A stretch of DNA of 58,596 bases from Gaiellaceae bacterium. Its GTDB lineage: Bacteria > Actinomycetota > Thermoleophilia > Gaiellales > Gaiellaceae. A program made the position numbers and the translations under genes. This document shows positions 52,621-58,596 of this stretch, piece by piece (within the stretch, counting starts at the first letter, position 1; every line of letters starts with the position of its first letter). The notes under the pieces are model-generated. The model saw only the letters and a program-made list of their open reading frames with translations, was not told where the DNA came from and did not search any database. The stretch lies in the NCBI GenBank assembly GCA_035559835.1, contig DATMAP010000050.1:1-58596 (forward strand), in the 5' to 3' direction.

Positions 52621-53843
52621 GCTCGATCCGGCTGGGCCTGCGGGCGAACGCCCGCCAGTTCTCCCTGCTCGTCGGGATCACGGGACTCGTCGGGGCGGCC
52701 GCCGGCCTCGAGCGCAGCGTCCTCCCGCTCGTCGGCGAGGAGGAGTTCGGGATCGCGTCGCGGACGGCGATCCTCGCCTTCGTCGCCACCTTCGGGGCCG
52801 CGAAGGCGGCGGCCAACCTCTTCTCCGGGCCGCTCGCGGAGCGGTCGGCCCGGAAGCGCGTGCTCGTGCTCGGCTGGCTGGCCGTGCTGCCGGTGGGGCC
52901 GATCGTCGCGCTCGCGCCCTCCTGGTCGACCATCGTCGCCGCCAACGCGCTCCTCGGCGCCGGCCAGGGCCTCGCTTGGTCGATGACGATCGTGATGAAG
53001 ATCGACCTCGTCGGCCCGGCGCGCCGAGGCCTGGCTCTGGGGCTGAACGAGGCGGCGGGCTACCTCGGGGTCGCCGTCGCGGCCTTCGCGACCGGGGCGG
53101 CAGCGAGCGCGGTCTCGCCGCGGACGGCGGTGTGGGTCGGGATGGCGGGCGTGTCGGCGCTCGGGCTGCTCGCCTCGCTCGTCCCGGCGCGGGACACCTC
53201 GGCGCACGTCGCGCACGAGCAGGCCGCGCACGGAGCGGCGCGGGCGGCGTCGCTGCGGCGCGCGCTCGGAGCGAGCGTGCGCGCTCCCGTGCTGCGCGCC
53301 TGCTCCCAGGCGGGCTTCGTCAACAACCTGAACGACGCCGTGCTCTGGGGCCTCGTCCCCCTCTACCTCGCGGCGCGCGGCGCGACCGCGGCCGAGATCG
53401 GGCTCGCGGCAGGCGTGTATCCGGCCGTCTGGGGGCTCGGGCAGGTCGCCACCGGCTGGGCCTCCGACCACCTCGGGCGCAAGCCGCTCGTCGTCGCCGG
53501 GATGCTCGTGCAGGGCGCCGCGCTCGCGCTCCTGGCTGCCGGAGGTGGCGATCTCGCCTCCGCTCTCGTCGCCTCCGTGCTCCTCGGCCTGGGCACGGCG
53601 CTCGCCTACCCGACGCTGATCGCGGCCGTCTCCGACGTGGTCAGCCCCCGGGACCGAGCGCCCGCCGTCGGCGTCTACCGCTTCTGGCGAGACGCCGGCT
53701 TCGTCGCCGGCGCCGTCGCGGTCGGGCTCGTCGCCGACGCCGCGGGAGCGCAGGCGGCGATCGGCGTGACCGCCGCGCTGACCGCCCTCTCGGGGGTGTG
53801 GGTCGCGGCCGTCCGCTTCGCTACGAGCGCGTCGCGCGGATGA
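52617..53843 (+). CDS. MFS transporter
   Basis: GTG 52617 (GTGA overlap). 12-TM-like profile. ...DHLGRKP... loop motif. Confidence 0.8.
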   Translation: MSSIRLGLRANARQFSLLVGITGLVGAAAGLERSVLPLVGEEEFGIASRTAILAFVATFGAAKAAANLFSGPLAERSARKRVLVLGWLAVLPVGPIVALAPSWSTIVAANALLGAGQGLAWSMTIVMKIDLVGPARRGLALGLNEAAGYLGVAVAAFATGAAASAVSPRTAVWVGMAGVSALGLLASLVPARDTSAHVAHEQAAHGAARAASLRRALGASVRAPVLRACSQAGFVNNLNDAVLWGLVPLYLAARGATAAEIGLAAGVYPAVWGLGQVATGWASDHLGRKPLVVAGMLVQGAALALLAAGGGDLASALVASVLLGLGTALAYPTLIAAVSDVVSPRDRAPAVGVYRFWRDAGFVAGAVAVGLVADAAGAQAAIGVTAALTALSGVWVAAVRFATSASRG

Positions 53844-54615
53844 CCGCGCAGACGGCGATCCGTTCGAGCCGCTCGGGCGCGATCAGCCGGCGCATGGTCG
53901 CGAGCAGCTCCTCCGTGAAGAGCGGGTAGAGCTCGCAGTCCGCGATTCCCATCGGCGTCCGCTCGAGCACCTCGATCTCCGAGAAGCCCGCCCGCTCGAG
54001 CTTTCCGACGAAGTCACGCTCCGTCAGGGCACCCGCCACTCAGCCGGCCCAGGCAGCCGGGTGCGTCAGCACCTCCGGCGGGAGCTCCTCGTCCTCCACG
54101 GTGACGTCGGCGACGCAGAGCTCGCCGCCGGGCCTCAGCACGCGCGCGCACTCGGCCAGCGCCCGCGCCTTGCGCGGCGAAAGGTTGATGACCCCGTTCG
54201 AGAGCACGCAGTCGACGCTCGCCTCGGGAAGCGGGATCGCCTCCATCTCCCCCTCGAGCGTCTCCACGTTGTCGAGCCCGGCCTCCTGCGCCGCCGCGGC
54301 CGTCCGCCCGAGCATCTCGGGGAGGAAGTCGAGCGCGAGCACGCGGCCGGAGGGGCCCGTTCGGTGCGCAGCCAGGATCGTGTCGATGCCAGCGCCGCAG
54401 CCGAGATCGAGGACGGTGTCGCCCGGCCGGATGCGCGCGTGGCGGAGGTGGTTGCCGACGCCGAGGGCGCGCCCGACCGCCGACGCCGGGACGAGGGCGA
54501 GCTCCTCGGGCGAGTAGAGCCTCTCGGCGACCGCGCGGCTCTCGCCGTCGACCGCGCGGTAGGCCTCGCGCACGAGCGCCCGGATCTCGTCTTGGTGCAG
54601 GAGGTCGCGGGTCAT
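53821..54615 (-). CDS. ArsM/AS3MT-like SAM-dependent methyltransferase, probable selenoprotein (in-frame TGA at 54042..54040)
   Basis: Track ORFs 54040..54615 and 53821..54039 are contiguous and in the same frame. Joined: ...VLDLGCGAGID...VLSNGVINLS...LTHPAAWAG-U-VAGALTERDFVGKLERAGF.... The U sits where ArsM/AS3MT have the conserved Cys of W.GC.AGAL. Confidence 0.75.
54005..54027 (-). promoter_or_regulatory. candidate SECIS hairpin for the methyltransferase gene
   Basis: RNA CUGACGGAG-CGUGA-CUUCGUCGG: 9-bp stem (2 G-U pairs), 5-nt loop containing GU. Starts 12 nt after the UGA. Confidence 0.5.
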
Positions 54616-54845
54616 GCTCCGCCGAGCTCGTCGAGCGTCGCCACGAGCCGGGCGCGGACCTGCGGCGGGAGGTCGTCCTCGGCGTGGGCGGCGAGGAAGG
54701 CGCGGAGCTCCTCCGCGAACTCGAGCTCGCCGCAGCAGCGGCGACAGAAGGCGAGGTGCTCCTCGACCTGCGCGCGCCGCGACTCCTCGACGATCCCGTC
54801 GAGGTAGTCCCAGAGCTGACGCACTGCCTCCGCGCAGGTGATCAC
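54612..54845 (-). CDS. ZAS-family (RsrA-like) anti-sigma factor
   Basis: GTG 54845 gives (M)ITCAEAVRQLWDYLDG...EEHLAFCRRCCGELEF. HxxxCxxC zinc/redox motif plus N-terminal Cys. GTGA and ATGA overlaps with both neighbours. Confidence 0.8.
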   Translation of the reverse strand: MITCAEAVRQLWDYLDGIVEESRRAQVEEHLAFCRRCCGELEFAEELRAFLAAHAEDDLPPQVRARLVATLDELGGA

Positions 54846-55441
54846 GCGCGCGCGCCTTCCTTCAGGAGGCCGTTCCGCTCGGCGTAGCTCCAGAGCTCGC
54901 GCTCGAAGAGCTTCCGCCCGCGGTGGAGCCGCGCGAGCATCGTCCCCAGCGGCACCTCGAGCATGAAGGCGACCTCCTTCACGTGGTAGCCGGCCATGTG
55001 CACGAGGACGAGGGGGACGCGGTACAGCTCGGGCAGCGAGGCGAGGACGGCGCGCACGTCCTCGCCGCCGAACTGCTGCAGGAAGTCGAGGTGCACCGAG
55101 TCCGAGTACGGGAAGGGGTCCTCGTCGGCGATCTTCCGGAAGAGCGAGAACTCGTCGGCCTTCTCCAGCTCGACGGTCTCGACCCGGCGTCCCTGCGCGC
55201 GCCAAAGGTCGTGGCAGCAGTTGACGAGGATCGCCGTGAGCCAGTCGCGCCCGGCACCGTCGTCCGCGAGCTGGGAGAAGCCTCGGTAGGCGCGGAGCAG
55301 GCACTCCTGGACGACGTCCTCGGCGTCGTCGCCGACGAGGCGGCGCGCGAGCGCGTACAGCCGGCCGAGCTCGCTCTCGGCGAGCCTCCGGAACCGCTCG
55401 ACCGAGGCGGTGCCGCTGCCCGTGGAGATGGCGTCGCCCAC
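54842..55441 (-). CDS. ECF-type RNA polymerase sigma-70 family factor
   Basis: Region 2 (DAEDVVQECLLRAYRGF) and region 4 HTH (VKEVAFMLEVPLGTMLARLHRGRKLF). Confidence 0.85.
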   Translation of the reverse strand: MGDAISTGSGTASVERFRRLAESELGRLYALARRLVGDDAEDVVQECLLRAYRGFSQLADDGAGRDWLTAILVNCCHDLWRAQGRRVETVELEKADEFSLFRKIADEDPFPYSDSVHLDFLQQFGGEDVRAVLASLPELYRVPLVLVHMAGYHVKEVAFMLEVPLGTMLARLHRGRKLFERELWSYAERNGLLKEGARA

Positions 55442-55481
55442 AACTCCGCTCCCTCGTAGAGACGCTCCCGGAGAGGAAGTT

Positions 55482-55495
55482 ATTGCAGGTGCAAT
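55482..55495. promoter_or_regulatory. AT-rich palindrome ATTGCA-gg-TGCAAT
   Basis: Sits in the 117-bp divergent gap between the ECF sigma gene (start 55441, -) and the OsmC gene (55559, +). The local sequence is the most AT-rich stretch of the gap. Confidence 0.35.
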
Positions 55496-55558
55496 GAGAT
55501 CCGGGACGCGGCCGTCTTACCGGGGGAGAGAGCAGGGAATCCGAACAGGAGGGAGGAG

Positions 55559-56131
55559 ATGGCGACCGTAACGGTGCGCAACGGCGTCGACGTGGGGGCG
55601 CTGCTCGAGACGATCGACGCGATCAAGGCCAAGCCAGAGCTCGCGAGCTTCACCTTCCGCGCGCGTACCCGGTGGCAGGAGGGGACGTGCGCGACCGCGC
55701 AGATCGGCTCGTTCCTGCACGCGGGGGCGGAGGACGGGACCCGCGAGCAGCCCTTCACGCTCGTGGGCGACGAGCCGCCCGTGCTCCTCGGGCACAACCA
55801 GGGCCCGAACGCGGTCGAGCTCCTGCTGGCCGCGCTCGGCTTCTGCTACTCGGTCGGCTACGTGGCGAACGCGGCCGCGCGCGGGATCGAGATCGAGGAG
55901 ATGTCGTACGAGCTCGAGGGCGACCTCGACGTCCGCAGCTTCCTCGGCCTCGAGGGCGGCGCTCGTCCCGGGTTCACGGAGATCCGGGCAAAGGCGCGCG
56001 TCAAGGCCCCGGGAGCGAGCAAGCAGGAGCTGAAGGAGCTCTGCGCCTACGTGCAGGACACGTCGCCGGTCCTGGACGCGCTCGCGAATCCGGTGCCGGT
56101 CAAGACGACGATCGAGGTGCTCGGGGCGTAG
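55559..56131 (+). CDS. OsmC-family protein
   Basis: 190 aa, GGAGGGAGGAG RBS. ...NAVELLLAALGFCYSVGY... OsmC-like core. Confidence 0.8.
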   Translation: MATVTVRNGVDVGALLETIDAIKAKPELASFTFRARTRWQEGTCATAQIGSFLHAGAEDGTREQPFTLVGDEPPVLLGHNQGPNAVELLLAALGFCYSVGYVANAAARGIEIEEMSYELEGDLDVRSFLGLEGGARPGFTEIRAKARVKAPGASKQELKELCAYVQDTSPVLDALANPVPVKTTIEVLGA

Positions 56132-56152
56132 CGGCTTCAGCCGCTACGCCCC
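56123..56152 (+). terminator. perfect 13-bp stem hairpin spanning the OsmC stop codon
   Basis: ggggcgtagcggc-ttca-gccgctacgcccc. No U-tract follows, so it may act as a terminator, attenuator or mRNA-stability element. Confidence 0.5.
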
Positions 56153-56173
56153 GAACGACAGAGAGGAGCGACG

Positions 56174-56677
56174 ATGAGCACCGTCGCGACCCGGCACGGA
56201 ACGGCCGAAGAGGCGGGTTCGAGGCTGCGGCTCGGCACGGGCCTGATGACGCTCGGCGCGGCCGCGTTCATCGGCTACGCCGTCGTCTTCTTCGTGCGCA
56301 ACTTCACCGACAGCTTCCTCGAGCTCGGGATCGGACCCGGCCAAGTGAGCGTGGGCAAGGAGGAGATCCAGGACTTCAGCCCCTCCCTCTACGACTACGT
56401 CGGCCACCTGCACATCGCCGTCTCCGGCTTCATCGCCGCGACCGGCCTCGCCGTAGTCTTCCTGAGCTGGTTCGGCGTCCGGCGCGGGCAGGCGTGGGCC
56501 TGGGTCGGGGCTGTCGCGGCGCCCGTGCTCGGGCTCGCCGTCGCGCTGCCTGCCCACTATCCGTACGGCTTCGACACGATCGGCCACCTGGGGCTGATCT
56601 ACCTGGCCACGGCCATCTTCGTCGTCGGTGCCGTGCTCTCGGGCCAAGCGCTGCTCGCCGGGCGGGTGGGGCGCTGA
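56174..56677 (+). CDS. hypothetical membrane protein (4 TM)
   Basis: 167-aa ORF with four hydrophobic helices, GAGAGGAG RBS. No family recognised. Confidence 0.6.
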   Translation: MSTVATRHGTAEEAGSRLRLGTGLMTLGAAAFIGYAVVFFVRNFTDSFLELGIGPGQVSVGKEEIQDFSPSLYDYVGHLHIAVSGFIAATGLAVVFLSWFGVRRGQAWAWVGAVAAPVLGLAVALPAHYPYGFDTIGHLGLIYLATAIFVVGAVLSGQALLAGRVGR

Positions 56678-56694
56678 GCCGGATGGAGCAGTTA

Positions 56695-56720
56695 GCCGCG
56701 CCGGCCGAGGCCGGCGCGGC
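56695..56720 (+). terminator. perfect 11-bp GC stem hairpin
   Basis: gccgcgccggc-cgag-gccggcgcggc, 18 nt after the stop of the 56174-56677 gene. No U-tract. Confidence 0.5.
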
Positions 56721-56804
56721 GACCTGCGATCGGGAAAAGCGATGGACGGTATCCCGATGCTCGGGTTGACCGATGGAGTAGGACGGCGTAGGGTCGAAGC
56801 GCCG

Positions 56805-57503
56805 ATGGCGTCGTCCTCACACGGGAACGGAGAGGCGGCAGCCGTGACCGTCGGCTCCCGCAGCGCGAGAGTCGCAACCCGTCTGGGGACGCTCGGCGGG
56901 AGGGACCGGGCGCAGGTGGCGGCAGGGAGCGCCCTGGTCGCCGCCTCGGCGCTTGCCTGGCTCGCGCTCGCTGGCACCGAGCCGCCGCTGGGCGCGGCCG
57001 GCTTCCTCGCTGGCTGGACGCTGATGATGGTGGCGATGATGCTCCCCTCGATCCTGCCGCTCGTGCTGCTCCACCGCGGCTCACGGGCGGGGTTGGTGGC
57101 GGGGTACCTGGGCGTCTGGAGCGCGCTCGGCCTCCTCCCGTACGCGGCCATGGAGTGGGGCCTCGAGCTCGGGCTCCCGCTCGTGCTCGCGCTCGCGGGC
57201 CTGTACGAGCTGAGCCCGCTGAAGTCCGCCTGCCTGCGGCGATGCCGCAACGTTGCCGGGTTCCTGCTCGAGCACTACCGCAGCGGGCCGCTCCGGCTCG
57301 GGGCCGAGCACGGCCTGTGGTGCGCCGGCTGCTGCGCAGGCCTGATGGCGCTGCTCGTGCTCGCCGCCTCCATGGGCCTGCAGTGGGCGGCGGCGATCGC
57401 GGCGGTCGTGTTCGTCCAGAAGGTCCTGTCCTTCGGCGAGCCCTCGGCCCGGGTCGTGGGCGCCGGGCTGCTCGCCGCCGCCGCGCTCGTCGCGGTCACC
57501 TGA
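56805..57503 (+). CDS. DUF2182-like predicted metal-binding integral membrane protein
   Basis: ATG 56805 (alternatives 56742 and 56757). ...FLAGWTLMMVAMMLPSILP... and ...SPLKSACLRRCR... are typical of DUF2182, assigned from memory. Confidence 0.7.
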   Translation: MASSSHGNGEAAAVTVGSRSARVATRLGTLGGRDRAQVAAGSALVAASALAWLALAGTEPPLGAAGFLAGWTLMMVAMMLPSILPLVLLHRGSRAGLVAGYLGVWSALGLLPYAAMEWGLELGLPLVLALAGLYELSPLKSACLRRCRNVAGFLLEHYRSGPLRLGAEHGLWCAGCCAGLMALLVLAASMGLQWAAAIAAVVFVQKVLSFGEPSARVVGAGLLAAAALVAVT

Positions 57504-57515
57504 GAGGAGAGTGGA

Positions 57516-58121
57516 ATGGCCGAGTCGTGGACGATGAAGGGGACGGTCCTGATCGCGTGCAACTGCGCCTACGGCTGCCCGTGCAACTTCAACGCCCTGC
57601 CGACGACCGGCAAGTGCGAGGGAGAGTGGACGTGGCACGTCGAGGAGGGCGCCTACGGCACCGTCGACCTCCGCAGCGTGACTTTCACGCTGGCCGTGAA
57701 CTGGCCGGGCGCGATCCACGAGGGCAACGGCGTCGCTCTGCTGCTGGTCGACGAGCGCACGACCCCCGCGCAGCGGGACGCGATCCACACCCTGGTCAAG
57801 GGCGAGGCGGGCGGCCCCTGGGGCGTCCTCGGCTGGACGTGGCCGACGCTGCACGGGCCGGAGGCCGTGTCCTTCGAGCTCGAGCTGGACGGCCTTCGCT
57901 CCCGCGTCCGCGCGGGCGCAGGGTTCGAGCTGGAGCTGGAGCCGATCCGGAACCCCGTCTCCGGGGCGGAGGTGACGCCGGGCGCGGTGCTTCCGCAGGG
58001 GATCGTCTTCAAGCAGGGCGACTTCGCCTCCACGAGGAGGTACCGGGTGGAGGCGCTGGGCATCGACTACCGGGATACGTACGCGGCCGTGGCGCCCTTC
58101 GACTACGCCGGAGGGAAGTGA
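57516..58121 (+). CDS. DUF1326-like Cys-rich protein
   Basis: N-terminal W.MKGTVLIACNCAYGCPCNFNALPTTGKCEG cysteine cluster and about 200 aa length. GAGGAGAGTGG RBS. Confidence 0.7.
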   Translation: MAESWTMKGTVLIACNCAYGCPCNFNALPTTGKCEGEWTWHVEEGAYGTVDLRSVTFTLAVNWPGAIHEGNGVALLLVDERTTPAQRDAIHTLVKGEAGGPWGVLGWTWPTLHGPEAVSFELELDGLRSRVRAGAGFELELEPIRNPVSGAEVTPGAVLPQGIVFKQGDFASTRRYRVEALGIDYRDTYAAVAPFDYAGGK

Positions 58122-58596
58122 TGGCGATCGAGGCGGACATCGACGTCGGGCTGCTCAAGTCCGAGATCCGCAAGACGTACGCGGCCGTCTCGCAGGAGCC
58201 GGAGCGGGAGTTCGTCTTCCCGACCGGCCGCGCCTGGGCCGAGGACCTCGGCTATCCGCCCGAGCTGGCGCGGGTGCCCGACTTCGTCGTGGAGTCGTTC
58301 GCCGGCGTCGCCAACCCCTTCTCGCTCGGCCGCCTCGAGCAGGGCGAGCGGGTGCTCGACGTGGGCTCGGGGGCCGGCACCGACTCGCTCGTGGCGGCGC
58401 TCATGGTGGGGCCGGAGGGCTCGGTCACAGGGATCGACATGACGCCTGAGATGCTCGCGAAGGCACGGGCCGGCGCGGCCGAGCTCGGGCTCTCGAACGT
58501 GACCTTCGTGGAGGGCGAGGCGGAGGCGCTTCCGTTCGCCGATGCGAGCTTCGACGTCGCCGTCTCCAACGGGGTCATCGACCTCATCCCGGACAA
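58121..58596 (+). CDS. ArsM-like SAM-dependent methyltransferase paralog, 3' end outside window
   Basis: Not in the ORF track (no stop in window). ATG 58121 overlaps the upstream TGA by 1 nt. MAIEADIDVGLLKSEIRKTYAAVSQ...VLDVGSGAGTD...VAVSNGVIDLIPD. Like the 53821-54615 gene, it lacks the first two ArsM cysteines. Confidence 0.75.
   Translation, partial: MAIEADIDVGLLKSEIRKTYAAVSQEPEREFVFPTGRAWAEDLGYPPELARVPDFVVESFAGVANPFSLGRLEQGERVLDVGSGAGTDSLVAALMVGPEGSVTGIDMTPEMLAKARAGAAELGLSNVTFVEGEAEALPFADASFDVAVSNGVIDLIPD

Noticed and set aside
53821-54615. Methyltransferase pseudogene split by a nonsense mutation
   Set aside because: This cannot be excluded without genome context, but it is less likely. 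The stop is TGA, it falls exactly on the conserved catalytic Cys column, coding-type GC3 continues downstream, a hairpin follows at SECIS-like distance, and a second TGA-at-Cys gene (SelW-like) lies nearby.
55535-55558. SigR-type promoter (GGGAAT-N18-GTT) upstream of the second OsmC gene
   Set aside because: GGGAAT is present at 55535-55540, but there is no GTT at the required spacing and the element would sit against the RBS and start codon.

Overview
Very GC-rich (by eye well above 70 percent, not computed), gene-dense bacterial chromosomal segment. Codon style and gene families look Actinomycetota-like, which is inference only. I saw no rRNA, tRNA, CRISPR array, transposase or integrase. 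I call about 66 protein genes. At least 18 neighbouring pairs share 4-nt ATGA/GTGA stop-start overlaps, so operons are long and translationally coupled. There are five blocks. (1) 1-6.3 kb is mixed metabolism: FTCD-type cyclodeaminase fragment, ornithine cyclodeaminase, MqnA/MqnD-family protein, thiolase, aldehyde dehydrogenase, GYD protein. (2) 6.4-21.3 kb is a purine catabolism and uptake supercluster: M20 amidohydrolase, DUF3830-like protein, membrane cytochrome-c urate hydroxylase PuuD, OHCU decarboxylase, HIU hydrolase, 8-oxoguanine/guanine-deaminase-like amidohydrolase, adenine deaminase, BMP-type ABC importer, three-subunit xanthine dehydrogenase. (3) 21.8-44.8 kb is a large cell-surface glycan locus: Crp-family regulator, seven predicted glycosyltransferase genes, two methyltransferases, a deacetylase, two sulfotransferases, a Wzm/Wzt-type ABC exporter, secreted NHL-propeller and InlB-B-repeat proteins, a GT-C-like membrane protein. 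(4) 44.8-49.8 kb holds PepD, a DMT transporter, EthD, two enoyl-CoA hydratases and a Cys/Cys proline-racemase-family enzyme. (5) 49.8-58.6 kb is a redox/metal(loid)-stress island. The most interesting result is in block 5. Two genes that the ORF track misses or splits are best read as selenoprotein genes. One is a SelW/Rdx-like CxxU protein (49791-50009, minus). The other is an ArsM/AS3MT-like SAM methyltransferase whose single remaining active-site cysteine position is encoded by in-frame TGA (53821-54615, minus). Each TGA is followed by a SECIS-like hairpin. The methyltransferase is the third gene of an ECF-sigma / ZAS anti-sigma operon. Other notable non-coding structure: six in-phase 18-nt Shine-Dalgarno-like tandem repeats plus a CRP-like palindrome inside the xanthine dehydrogenase operon; a REP-like 56-nt palindromic element present twice; and a 170-bp lower-GC segment bounded by 15-nt inverted palindromes. 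All functional calls rest on motif recognition by eye. No database search was run.
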